From: Candidatus Omnitrophota bacterium
GTDB taxonomy: Bacteria; Omnitrophota; Gorgyraeia; Zapsychrales; Fredricksoniimonadaceae
NCBI GenBank assembly: GCA_903944345.1
Contig: CAJARJ010000021.1
Span: 5,528 to 69,527, forward strand
DNA: 64,000 nucleotides
Reading direction: 5' to 3'
In this document: in pieces, positions 1-9,271 of the stretch
How positions within the stretch are numbered: the first letter of the stretch is position 1
How the letters are laid out: each line of letters begins with the position of its first letter
Notes under the pieces: model-generated
Database searches by the model: none
What the model saw: the letters and a program-made list of their open reading frames with translations, nothing else
What the model was told of the DNA's origin: nothing
Translations under genes and position numbers: made by a program

Positions 1-1054
1 ACGCCGCTCCAAGCAGCACGGAAGCTGCCATGGTTAAATCAGGTAGAACACAAAAAGGCATTGCATTCGCCAGAATGGCGCGCAGGCCTTGCTGGTTCAT
101 GTATAAGAGTGTTTTGAGAAGTTTTTGAAAAGCGGGGATTTCAGATCGGGGATCAGTCAAGGGAAGAGCCATTGGCCGGAAGAGCTCCCAGCTGTTAGGA
201 CGGAGAGTTTTTATAAACAGGAAATAGGCCGGAAGTCTGTCCAGCAGAGGTTGGGAGATAACTGTACCAACTCGGAAAATAGGAATAATTGTACGCAGTT
301 GGAAAAGATGGCGAATTTTTTCTGTAAAGGAATGCTGTGCATCATTGGTCAGTTCTTTCTCCGAGTCGGCATCATGGCCTTGCAGAGACACCAGAATGTT
401 GTCGACAGTCCTGGCCAGAACCTGGCGGGTGGCATCCGGAAGAATGGTTGCGTTGGTGTTTAGCAGAACATAAAAGCCCATTTGCTTGGCCAGCGAGAGC
501 ATTTGGAGCAGTTCGGGATGAAGCAGGGGCTCTCCACCGGTAAAGCGAACTGCACGGATGCCGAGAGCGAGTGCTTCGTCAAGAACGGTGCGCACTTGGG
601 CAAAGGAAAGTTCGGTGTGGGCTTGTTTGATGCCGGTGCAATAACGACAGGAAAGGTTGCAGCGGGCGGTGATTTCAAAAACAATCTCGTTGGGCATATC
701 TATAACAGGCTGTATCCGGGACAATGGATAGGAAGATTTTGCCGGCCAGCCGGGGCACTTTCCCTGCAGACAACAACTGCCGCAGGCCTCAATGGTTCGG
801 GTTGTTTGTTTTCTGAGCCCTGGATAAAGGATGCGGTGTCGGGCATAAGGCAGGAAGCAGAAAGGGACGCCTCGCAATACAAGAAAATGGGTGTCCTTAA
901 CGCTGAGCCAGACAAGTTCCAGTATTTTGTATATGGTTGGAGTGAGTTGGCCGGCATCGACGTCAAGGCAAAGGAAAAGATTCTCGGAGGTGACAAGAAT
1001 ATTATGTCGCTTGAGCAGCTTGGCTAGACTTGGGTAAGAGTTTGGGTAGTTCAT
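1..1054 (-). CDS. Radical SAM protein with extra N-terminal Cys-rich module (3' end beyond window)
   Basis: Hand translation of the minus strand from ATG 1054 is open to the window edge: MNYPNSYPSLAK...GVPFCFL...CGSCCLQGKCPGW...EIVFEITARCNLSCRYC...RFTGGEPLLHP...LNTNAT...VSLQG...NAMPFCVL. It has CxxxCxxC and GGEP motifs. It is absent from the ORF track because there is no stop inside the window. Confidence 0.9.
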   Translation of the reverse strand, partial: MNYPNSYPSLAKLLKRHNILVTSENLFLCLDVDAGQLTPTIYKILELVWLSVKDTHFLVLRGVPFCFLPYARHRILYPGLRKQTTRTIEACGSCCLQGKCPGWPAKSSYPLSRIQPVIDMPNEIVFEITARCNLSCRYCTGIKQAHTELSFAQVRTVLDEALALGIRAVRFTGGEPLLHPELLQMLSLAKQMGFYVLLNTNATILPDATRQVLARTVDNILVSLQGHDADSEKELTNDAQHSFTEKIRHLFQLRTIIPIFRVGTVISQPLLDRLPAYFLFIKTLRPNSWELFRPMALPLTDPRSEIPAFQKLLKTLLYMNQQGLRAILANAMPFCVLPDLTMAASVLLGAA

Positions 1055-1063
1055 GGAAGGAAC

Positions 1064-1090
1064 ATTATAACATAGCCGGGGTCGTGTCAA
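1064..1090 (-). promoter_or_regulatory. Sigma70-like promoter for the 1054 gene
   Basis: Minus strand TTGACA (1085-1090), 15 nt spacer, TGnTATAAT (1064-1069), 9 nt before the ATG. The spacer is short but the extended -10 is consensus. Confidence 0.55.
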
Positions 1091-1103
1091 AGGGGCGGGC
1101 ATA

Positions 1104-1856
1104 ATGCAGAGACCAAAAATTTTTATACGAGATGACGATGCGGGAGTTTTGTCGGAGGAGTTCTTGCTGTTTCATCAGATGGTTCGAGATCTTTCCGTCC
1201 CAGTGGTTTATGCCGTCGTTCCCTCTTGGGTTGACAAGAGGTCTGCGGCCTTTTTTCTGTCCGAGAAGAAAAGCGCAGGTTCGAGCTTTGATTTGGTGCA
1301 GCATGGCTGGGCGCACATTAACTATGCAGACAAGAATGACAACAAGTATGAGTTTGGCCCGCGCAGAACATATCAACAGCAAGAGGAAGATATCGGCAGG
1401 GGAAAGGATTTGTTACGGGAGCTGTTTGGGGAGCATTGTGTTCCGGCTTTTGTGCCGCCTTTTCACGGTTTCGACAGCAATACTGTCGGGGTGATCGAGG
1501 CGGCAGCTTTCAAGATATTCTCAGCCGGGCGGAATACCGGTTTTCGCTGGCAGGGGGTGATTGATTTGCCGGCTGGCGTTTATTTGAATGAATATGTATC
1601 GGATGGACGGTCGTTTTGTCTGGATGGTAAGCAGGCGCTTAGACGGTTGTCCTCCGCTCTTAAAACGGCCCCTTTAACCGGATGCCTGTTTCACCACGAA
1701 GCTTTTCAGCAAAAAGAGGGGATTGATCAGATTTATTTTTTTCTGCGGGCAGTTGCCAAGTTGCGCGAGCGCGGAGAGTTGGACATCATTCGGTTTTCCG
1801 ATCTTTGTCGGGAGGGGCGGCTGGCCGCAAGTCCGCAAGCAGTTGATACAAAATAA
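1104..1856 (+). CDS. Polysaccharide deacetylase (CE4/DUF2334-like)
   Basis: RDDD motif 1, QHGWAH metal motif, FVPPFHG and LFHH motifs of the NodB/CE4 fold. Confidence 0.75.
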   Translation: MQRPKIFIRDDDAGVLSEEFLLFHQMVRDLSVPVVYAVVPSWVDKRSAAFFLSEKKSAGSSFDLVQHGWAHINYADKNDNKYEFGPRRTYQQQEEDIGRGKDLLRELFGEHCVPAFVPPFHGFDSNTVGVIEAAAFKIFSAGRNTGFRWQGVIDLPAGVYLNEYVSDGRSFCLDGKQALRRLSSALKTAPLTGCLFHHEAFQQKEGIDQIYFFLRAVAKLRERGELDIIRFSDLCREGRLAASPQAVDTK

Positions 1857-3726
1857 GCTTGCAGCTGGTTTCTCTCCAAAAGAATCCCTGCCGTTTCTGA
1901 AAGTACATTTCCAGATCTGGGTTTCCTGGAAAGGCAATCAGTCTAAGGGGCATAAAATGCTTTAGCGGGTCAAGATAAGGATAGCGGACAGTAAGTCGCT
2001 GCTCTGCGAGTGTTTCGAGAGAGTAGCTTTGGCCTTCTTTGAGGGCGATTACGGATCCTTCGATGTTAAAAGAGTTATCTGCGTTAAGAAAATAGATTTT
2101 GGTGCTTAAGGGCGCATGCAGTAAAAGAGCAAAGAGACGATTAAGATTCGCATCGTACGCAGGATCCAACTCGAAAGAATAGAGAGCGTTGACCGGTAAG
2201 TCAAGCCGGTCGTTTTTATAAAGAGAGAATTGCAGGTCTTTCGAGAAGCGGTTGTTTGAAAGAAAAATCACCGGAGTTTCTGCTGATATTGAGCGAAGGT
2301 CATCAGCTAAAGTCTTCCCCAGTCCGCCGGTTAGCTGATTGATTTTAACAGACAGTTGCCGGACTGTTATAAGGTTTGACGCCTGATCCAACAGACCTAT
2401 AAAGAGTCCCGACAGGACAAATGCAAAGAGTCCGTGTGCGAGTTTGTTTCGGCGAAAAGATAGAGTGTTGTTAAGGAACACCCTGATGTTAAACAGAAGA
2501 ATAATGGTCAGGAACCCCAGGCTGTACATCAGATAGATTTCATTAAGAAATACAATCAGGCAGGGGAGCCAGGAAACAATAAATATAACGGGGAATATCC
2601 GGTGAATCCGGAAAGATGAATAGGCGATGGCCAGAATAAGAAGAGAAGAAATTGCGGCAGAGGCGAATGTTCCAAGTATGGGGGCGTCTGTCAGCAAAAA
2701 GAAAAAACTCCCGACAGCCAGAAGTGTGCCCGTGATTTTCCACGCAAGGGGTTGCCGGTAAAGATTAAAAATATTGGCAAAAACACTTAATATGCCCAAG
2801 AAGACAATAGTTGGAGGCAATGTAAACAGCAAGTGGCTGAAAAGATTGAATTTGAAATTCAGCGTGGCAACTCTTTCCCATATGCGCAGGCTCAGATAGG
2901 TTGAGGTGAATGTCAGGTTGTGATGAGCAATCAAATTAAGCCAGAAAGCCGGAGAAAGCGAGTAGCAGAAAAGTGCAGAAAAAAGAGTGATCAGTCGCCA
3001 GTCTTTTTTGTGGCCAAAACATTCGCAAAGCAGCAGCATAAGGCTGATGATTCCGGTGTATTCTTTATAAAGAGGGCCACATGCGCTAATCAGGAGAATT
3101 GGTGTTAGCCAGACCGGATGAAGTGTTTTTTTAAAGTAAAAATAAGAGATAACGGCAGAGTTGATGGCTAAAGGAACAACCGCGTGAATGCCGATAGTTT
3201 GCCAGGTTGCATTCAGTGAGGGTAAAGAGAACATCATAAAGAATGAGGATGCCAGAGAGAGCCAGAAATCCTTAAGAAAGATGTATGCCAAGGCGAATAA
3301 TGACGCTCCCGCCAGGCCCAGAAAGAACGAATTGATAAGAATCGGAAGCCAGGGCCAGTCATGAATAATGTGTGATGTCAGAACAATAAGTGAGCCAATA
3401 GTAATTTCCAGGGGGCGGTAGAAGTGGGCTTGAATGGGTCTGGAGTTGTGGGTTTCGGGGGTTTCTTTCCATATGGATAATGAATTCTGTGCATAGAATT
3501 CGGAAATACTTCGGATGTCCTGCCGTTTGACAAGGTCTCGGATTTGCAGGATAACACCGGTTTCATTGAAGATGGGTTCAATATTCTTGCGCAGGCCGAA
3601 CGTAATCAGGGTGACTGTAAAAATAATGGCTGAAAAGATGGCAAGAAATAGGGTGCGGGAAGAAGTCGGCATGCTATCCTTTACTGTAGGGCAAAAGCAT
3701 TGGAGCTTGGATTCAAGAGGGTTCAT
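1786..3726 (-). CDS. Polytopic membrane protein, probable GT-C-fold glycosyltransferase
   Basis: Many hydrophobic helices, N-terminal loop with FYRPL, YKE after a TM segment, soluble C-terminal domain. The layout resembles ArnT/PMT-like proteins. Confidence 0.55.
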   Translation of the reverse strand: MNPLESKLQCFCPTVKDSMPTSSRTLFLAIFSAIIFTVTLITFGLRKNIEPIFNETGVILQIRDLVKRQDIRSISEFYAQNSLSIWKETPETHNSRPIQAHFYRPLEITIGSLIVLTSHIIHDWPWLPILINSFFLGLAGASLFALAYIFLKDFWLSLASSFFMMFSLPSLNATWQTIGIHAVVPLAINSAVISYFYFKKTLHPVWLTPILLISACGPLYKEYTGIISLMLLLCECFGHKKDWRLITLFSALFCYSLSPAFWLNLIAHHNLTFTSTYLSLRIWERVATLNFKFNLFSHLLFTLPPTIVFLGILSVFANIFNLYRQPLAWKITGTLLAVGSFFFLLTDAPILGTFASAAISSLLILAIAYSSFRIHRIFPVIFIVSWLPCLIVFLNEIYLMYSLGFLTIILLFNIRVFLNNTLSFRRNKLAHGLFAFVLSGLFIGLLDQASNLITVRQLSVKINQLTGGLGKTLADDLRSISAETPVIFLSNNRFSKDLQFSLYKNDRLDLPVNALYSFELDPAYDANLNRLFALLLHAPLSTKIYFLNADNSFNIEGSVIALKEGQSYSLETLAEQRLTVRYPYLDPLKHFMPLRLIAFPGNPDLEMYFQKRQGFFWRETSCKLILYQLLADLRPAAPPDKDRKTE

Positions 3727-3867
3727 TTGCCAGACATTCTACCGACGATTGTGTTTTATTCTAACAATCTCATGGATGCTTGACCAGACTAAATTGTTGT
3801 TTGATAAATGCATCAAGATCGCGGGTTGAGTGGCGAATCGCGGCGTTTTAGAAAGTGGCTTAAAGAT

Positions 3868-4827
3868 ATGGGAAAACGGCTTCAAGCAGGGAAAGTTGAG
3901 CGGCCATCAATTCTGGTTGTCGGTTGCGGGGCTTTGGGCACGGCCTGCCTGTTTCATTTGCGAAAAATAGCACAAGTATTCGGGTATGATTGTGACCGAG
4001 CCAGGAGTGAGGAGCTTTCCCGTGCTGGCGCGGGATTTCTAGGTGCCGGACGGGTCAGGCCGGTTGTGTTTAATGTCGCAGCAACCATGGAATGTTATCG
4101 AGGCAAAGTATTTGACGGTGTAATTTTCGCGACCAAATGCCGGGGGCTCCGCCCTGCGGTCCGTGTTTTTTCAGCATCAGGACGTGCCACAAGGGTTTTG
4201 TTCTTGCAGAACGGAGGAGATGATCTGCTTTGGGCCAAGTCCCTTCTAAGAGGGAGCAGGATTTGCCGGGGAGTAACCACAATGGCGGTCAGCTTGCAAG
4301 AGAGAAGCCGGGTTCGTCTTTATACAGCCGGAGAAACATTTCTGGGATCAATTGACAGGCAGAGGGAGGGTGCGCAATGGTTTGCTCATGTTTTTGCTGC
4401 TGCCGGATTGAATGTGCACCTGGTTAAGAATATTGCAGGAGCGGTATGGGCGAAGCTGATATTTAATGCGGTTATGAATCCGCTGCCGGTTTTGTGTTCG
4501 CAGAGCTATGCGGTTCTTCATCGGGATCGTTTATTGTATGCTTTGGCCAGGGATGCGATTAGAGAAGGAGTTGCTGTTGCGCGCAAGGCGAAAATTTGTC
4601 TGGCGTTTGATCCGCTGGCAAAATTGCGCGCGGTTCGTGAAGGAAGATTGAACACGGATAATTATTTTGGATCTATGTACGCGGATGCGACCATGGGTCG
4701 GGCAACAGAAATTGAAGAACTCACCGGATTGTTGGTGCGTCAGGCAAAGAGGCTTGGGGTGCCGGTTCCCCGGCTGGATACAATCTATGCTTTGACTCGG
4801 GCCAGACTTGAGAAAAAAGATGGATGA
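3868..4827 (+). CDS. Ketopantoate reductase (PanE/ApbA) family protein
   Basis: GCGALG Rossmann motif, ATK, LQNG, WAKLIFNAVMNPL, SMYAD..GRATEIEELTG. Start moved from 3808 to ATG 3868. Confidence 0.85.
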   Translation: MGKRLQAGKVERPSILVVGCGALGTACLFHLRKIAQVFGYDCDRARSEELSRAGAGFLGAGRVRPVVFNVAATMECYRGKVFDGVIFATKCRGLRPAVRVFSASGRATRVLFLQNGGDDLLWAKSLLRGSRICRGVTTMAVSLQERSRVRLYTAGETFLGSIDRQREGAQWFAHVFAAAGLNVHLVKNIAGAVWAKLIFNAVMNPLPVLCSQSYAVLHRDRLLYALARDAIREGVAVARKAKICLAFDPLAKLRAVREGRLNTDNYFGSMYADATMGRATEIEELTGLLVRQAKRLGVPVPRLDTIYALTRARLEKKDG

Positions 4828-5998
4828 AAATATTCTTCGACAAATGACAGGTTTGCTGCGCGGGTTTGCAAAATATGACCAGCGTTGGCAGCTTGACGGA
4901 GCCCTGAGAAGTTATGAACAGATCCGGAAGCTTCCGGTCATGTCACGGGAAGATCTTTTTTCCCATGTTCTTAAGTATGGGCTGAAGAATGCCAGTAATA
5001 TTTCTGCGACATCGGGTTCTACGTCTTGCAGTGTGTTGATCGGACATAGTCTGGTGGCTTATCGTGCGCATTTAGAGCGGTTGGTGCGTCTTTATAAAAC
5101 TTTGCCTGTCGCGCGGGGCTCGTTGTGTCTGAATATGTGCTCGTATGCACTTAATGGCGGCGGAAGACTGATGGAGGCGGGATATAAGGGGGCAGGATAC
5201 AGGGTGGTTGCGCTTGGTCCGCTTGATATGGAGTTGAAGGCGGATGAATTGCGGAGGCTGGTGCGCTGCCTGCGTCCAGCAATGGTCAATGCTTATGCAA
5301 ATCAACTTTATGGATTATTTTCGGCCATTGGCCTGGACAATCACGGGATCAGGCTGTGCGTGGTTAATGGCGAACCCTTGCTGCGAAATTACAAGAAAAC
5401 AATTGAGCGTTCTGCCGGGGTTGAGGTCTTTAATCATTACGGGGCCATGGAAATCTCAGGATTGGCTCTAGCCCGACGTTCAGGTGATGTGTTTATGCGG
5501 GTTGAGCCGTACGGGCTTTTGCTGGAGGTTCTTAAGGATAACGGACAATCGGGGTTATCTGGAAGAGGGGCGCTGCTGGTTACAGATCTTTTTAATCGCA
5601 GTATGCCGGTCATTCGCTATCAAATTGGTGATCGGGTTGATCTGGTGCGAAGAGAAGATGGATTCTATATCAAGGTTCTTGGGCGTCAGAACGGGTCTTT
5701 TCTTTTTGACGGAGAGGTTTATGCCACGCAAGAGCTGGAAAGTGCGGTCGCAGAAGTTCTGGAGCATTGCGAGTATTATTTTGTGATCCGAAAGTCGGAG
5801 GACACGGGGAAAGACGCCATGGAGCTAAGGATAGTTGGAAGACAAGACAAAGGGCTTCTTGGCCGGCTGGAAAAGGTCATGATTGAGCGTTTTCGCTTTG
5901 GTCGGGCTGTGCGCGTGCTTGGTGTTTGTGCAGCCGTCCCGCGTACGATTACGGGGAAAATTCGCCGGATAATGGATTTACGGGAAAAAGATATATGA
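4820..5998 (+). CDS. Phenylacetate-CoA ligase (PaaK/F390 synthetase) family adenylating enzyme
   Basis: TSGSTS P-loop, NHYGAMEI, VTDLFNRSMPVIRYQIGD, PRTITGKIRRI. Overlaps the previous stop. Confidence 0.85.
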   Translation: MDENILRQMTGLLRGFAKYDQRWQLDGALRSYEQIRKLPVMSREDLFSHVLKYGLKNASNISATSGSTSCSVLIGHSLVAYRAHLERLVRLYKTLPVARGSLCLNMCSYALNGGGRLMEAGYKGAGYRVVALGPLDMELKADELRRLVRCLRPAMVNAYANQLYGLFSAIGLDNHGIRLCVVNGEPLLRNYKKTIERSAGVEVFNHYGAMEISGLALARRSGDVFMRVEPYGLLLEVLKDNGQSGLSGRGALLVTDLFNRSMPVIRYQIGDRVDLVRREDGFYIKVLGRQNGSFLFDGEVYATQELESAVAEVLEHCEYYFVIRKSEDTGKDAMELRIVGRQDKGLLGRLEKVMIERFRFGRAVRVLGVCAAVPRTITGKIRRIMDLREKDI

Positions 5999-6996
5999 TC
6001 GCAGTGCATGCGCTCTTTATATATTTGACAGGACGTTGTCCGCTAAACTGTACCTATTGTTATTTGCGCAGACGTTCTGTGCGGGATTTATCCTGGCCGA
6101 CCGTTGTTCGAGTTCTGGATAGTATATCCAGAGATCTGGGGCTACCCCGGAAAATTGTTATCAGCGGCGGGGAGCCTTTTTTATGCTACCCAATGCTCAG
6201 AAAGCTTGCTCTGGAGGTGCGGCGGCGTTTTTCCTGGTTGCCTTTATCGGTGCAGAGCAACGGCTTGTTGCTGGACAAAAACAGGATCTCTTTCCTGAGG
6301 GCTGTGCAGGCCGGACTGGAAGTAGGGATAGATGGCAAAGAAGAGACTACGTTACGGCATCGTCGGGGACTTACCGGCAGTATTTATAACCGCCTTCTCG
6401 GAAATATTCGTGCTGCTGTCCGTTCAGGACTGTCGGTCAGTTGTACAATGACGGTTCATCCGGATCAGGTGGAGCATATGGAAGAGAATTTTATTTTTTT
6501 GAAATCCTTAGAATTGCGGTCAATTGACATCACCCCGGCCGCGTTTATGCTTTGGACGGACGCCTCGGTACGGGATTTCCGCAGGAATTACAGCCAGATT
6601 CTCCAGGGACAGTCAGGGCAAGGAAGGGTTCTGGTCGCGGAAGATAAGAATCTTTTTGGTGAAGCTTTCTTGGATCTTAGCGTCTACCCCGACGGAAGCG
6701 TGCTCTGTGGTGATGCCTATTCTTGTCTACCAGCCGGGGTCAAACGGGCCAGAAGCTTGGTTCTGCCATCGGGTCAGCTTGAAAAGAAACGGTTAAATTT
6801 TTTTGTCCGGCAGTATGCATCGCTTTGGAGGTCTGGGAGTTCTTGCAGTTACAGAGATTATGTCCGCAGGAGTTTCGAGATTGTGGATCGTTTGGCCGGA
6901 GGTGCTCTTGATGCGGGTCGGCTTAATGAAATGATGCGTTTTATAGGTGGGGCGAATTTGAGGTTGGTTTCAGCTGAAAGAATTTGTCCGGAATAA
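5995..6996 (+). CDS. Radical SAM protein (paralogue of 22139)
   Basis: CPLNCTYC, ISGGEP, QSNG, GIDG. ATGA coupling at 5995-5998. Confidence 0.9.
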   Translation: MIAVHALFIYLTGRCPLNCTYCYLRRRSVRDLSWPTVVRVLDSISRDLGLPRKIVISGGEPFLCYPMLRKLALEVRRRFSWLPLSVQSNGLLLDKNRISFLRAVQAGLEVGIDGKEETTLRHRRGLTGSIYNRLLGNIRAAVRSGLSVSCTMTVHPDQVEHMEENFIFLKSLELRSIDITPAAFMLWTDASVRDFRRNYSQILQGQSGQGRVLVAEDKNLFGEAFLDLSVYPDGSVLCGDAYSCLPAGVKRARSLVLPSGQLEKKRLNFFVRQYASLWRSGSSCSYRDYVRRSFEIVDRLAGGALDAGRLNEMMRFIGGANLRLVSAERICPE

Positions 6997-7687
6997 AAGA
7001 GTCTTGGTGTGGCCGCTTATCCATCAGCGTATAAACAGCGGTATTGGCACGCAGGATGTTGGACAGGGGTTGTTTGTGCCGACGTAGCTCAAAAGGTATG
7101 TCCAGGGTTGTGGCAATAAACGGCAGGGATATAAAGGGTGCGAGAAATCTCAGTTGATGGACAGCTGCTGCGCGGCGGTGCTGGATGAGGGAGATCGGTT
7201 CTTTGGCCAATAGAAGTTTCTTTAGGTATTTGTCGGAGGAGCATAGAACGTCATCGGCGCCCATACCGCTGAGAACCGTTTGGATGTCCTGTTGTTTCAT
7301 CAGGGTAAAAAGATGATCAGCGGCCGGCAGATATTGATCAAGGGAGTGTTGCCAGCGACGGCGTTGCAGAATTCTTAAATGTGCCTGGAAGATTTCCAGG
7401 CTAATGGGAACAGAATGGAAACGAAGAGACAGTCGACGGGCAAGATTACGACAGTGACGGATGGAGTGCTGGTTATAACTGGCGCAGGATGAGTCAAGAA
7501 TCTCGGCAAAATACAGTTCCGGGGACAGGTCTTGTGTGATGCAGGCAAGGGTGGTTGAGTCGATGCCGCCAGTAAAAAGAATTGCGATATGGCCTTTAGC
7601 GCAGCGGGGACGAATGGTTTGCTGCAGAACGGTTTCCAGTGATCGGCGTTCAGCGGGCGCAGATGAGGGTGAAGACTTGCTTATCAT
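6941..7687 (-). CDS. Asparagine-synthetase-like PP-loop ATPase (C-terminal domain only)
   Basis: LFTGGIDS PP-loop, LSGMGADDVL, RFLAPF. Collinear with 7703..8416. Confidence 0.75.
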   Translation of the reverse strand: MISKSSPSSAPAERRSLETVLQQTIRPRCAKGHIAILFTGGIDSTTLACITQDLSPELYFAEILDSSCASYNQHSIRHCRNLARRLSLRFHSVPISLEIFQAHLRILQRRRWQHSLDQYLPAADHLFTLMKQQDIQTVLSGMGADDVLCSSDKYLKKLLLAKEPISLIQHRRAAAVHQLRFLAPFISLPFIATTLDIPFELRRHKQPLSNILRANTAVYTLMDKRPHQDSFIPDKFFQLKPTSNSPHL

Positions 7688-7702
7688 GAAGGAAATTATA
7701 TC

Positions 7703-8416
7703 ATGCTTGCAGCGGTTGCCGCGCTGAAAAATGTGTTACAGGGTTGCATGCCTTGCGTAACGAGCAGACGCCGGATAGCCATCCTTTTTACGGGCGGACT
7801 GGATTCTACGGTACTAGCGGCTCTTGCTGCTCACCAGCGGCCTGTTTTGGTCTTTGGGGTCGTACTTGATCGGGATTGCCGGGTTTATAACGCCCGGTCT
7901 ATTCTGTATTCGCGGCGTATCGCCGCTATTCTGGGACTTACGTTTAAAACAATCGGGATAAGTCAGCGGGATTATCATGACGGAATAAGGGCGATGTTAT
8001 CAGCGGGCGTATATTCAAAAGACAGAGATTTGCCTGCGGCGGCTTTCCTTGTCAAAGCCCTACGAGCTCAGGGGGTGGGAGGGGTGGTGAGCGGTATGGG
8101 GAGTAATGAGCTTTTCTCTGCCAGTAAAAGAACGTTATCGATGATTCCAGAACTGCAGGCAGCTTACAGTGAACATCGCCTGCTGGGTCGCGCAGAAAAA
8201 ATTATCTTTCGAGCGCCTTTTCTTGAGGAGCCAGTCATAAAGGTTGTGCGTGGACTTGTGCGCTCGGGGCATGCGCGTACAGACGTTCTGGGAGCGCTTC
8301 TGGCCGGTTATCCGGATGTCTGCCGGCTGATGAAAAAGAGAGTGTCCGGACATTCTATGGTGCCTAAAAGATTCTTGCCGGTTCGGATGACAGTCGAACC
8401 AGAAAAGGGTGTATGA
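7703..8416 (+). CDS. Asparagine-synthetase-like PP-loop ATPase (C-terminal domain only)
   Basis: LFTGGLDS, VSGMGSNELF, FRAPFLE. Confidence 0.75.
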   Translation: MLAAVAALKNVLQGCMPCVTSRRRIAILFTGGLDSTVLAALAAHQRPVLVFGVVLDRDCRVYNARSILYSRRIAAILGLTFKTIGISQRDYHDGIRAMLSAGVYSKDRDLPAAAFLVKALRAQGVGGVVSGMGSNELFSASKRTLSMIPELQAAYSEHRLLGRAEKIIFRAPFLEEPVIKVVRGLVRSGHARTDVLGALLAGYPDVCRLMKKRVSGHSMVPKRFLPVRMTVEPEKGV

Positions 8417-9246
8417 GAAAATCTGTTATGCCTGGCATTCCTCCGCAGGAGGCTGTTACTGTTTACGGGGGGTATGTGCGATATTATCATTCAACCGAAT
8501 CATGTCGTGATTTGGCAAGGCTGGCCGAGGAACGCAAGCTAAAACAGGTTCTGGCCTGTTGTGGCGGAGGTGATCAGGCATTGACTCTTTTGGCCGGACT
8601 GGATAAAAAAGGAATCTTTTGGGCATTTGATCTTCAACCGGCTCAGTTGTTTGTGCTTGCGGCCAAAGCGCTTTATCTGCTGGAACGTAAAAGCCCTCCA
8701 TTTTATCCGTCCTTTTCTGTGATACAAAAGATGTATCCTGGCCGTATTTCTGCCCAGCCCCCGGATCGACGGAGAGTTGATCGATTATACGATGCCCGGC
8801 TTAAATGTTTTAGGGATCCGTTCAAAATGTTTCAGAAAAGATTTCTTTATGAATGCGACGGAGGATTGTTTGAGGACGGGCAGAGAACCCCATTCTGGTC
8901 CCGGGATCGGGATTACTGTCAGTGTATTTGCCGGAATATTGTCCGGCTCAGGCTTCTACGGGGAGATTTGTTCTATCTTGATCATTTTTTTAAACCGGCA
9001 ACAGTTGATTTGATATATGTGTCGGATATTTCTTTGGTTGCCGCCCAGGATTTCTTGTTGCAACGGATATCAGCGACTGTAGCCTTGTTGAGGCGAGGGG
9101 GGTGCCTGGCAGCTAATGCGGATTCCGGGGAGAGGTTTCTGGGAAATGGGATTTCGGTAGCTGATATGCTGGAGAGAAATTCTTCCCGACTGGGGCTAAT
9201 GGCTGGCGGGGTCAGCGGGGCGCTCAAAGTTTTTGAGAAGGCCTGA
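8413..9246 (+). CDS. BtaA/DUF3419-like class I SAM-dependent transferase
   Basis: YYHSTE, VLACCGGGDQALTLL, AFDLQPAQL, DLIYVSDI. These match the N-terminal and late motifs of the DUF3419/BtaA family. Confidence 0.6.
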   Translation: MRKSVMPGIPPQEAVTVYGGYVRYYHSTESCRDLARLAEERKLKQVLACCGGGDQALTLLAGLDKKGIFWAFDLQPAQLFVLAAKALYLLERKSPPFYPSFSVIQKMYPGRISAQPPDRRRVDRLYDARLKCFRDPFKMFQKRFLYECDGGLFEDGQRTPFWSRDRDYCQCICRNIVRLRLLRGDLFYLDHFFKPATVDLIYVSDISLVAAQDFLLQRISATVALLRRGGCLAANADSGERFLGNGISVADMLERNSSRLGLMAGGVSGALKVFEKA

Positions 9247-9271
9247 GCATGTGTCAGAGAAGGGCGCGTTA

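Noticed and set aside
125-1027. + strand ORFs 125..463, 337..543 and 482..1027
   Set aside because: They are antisense shadows of the minus-strand radical SAM gene, which has clear motifs.
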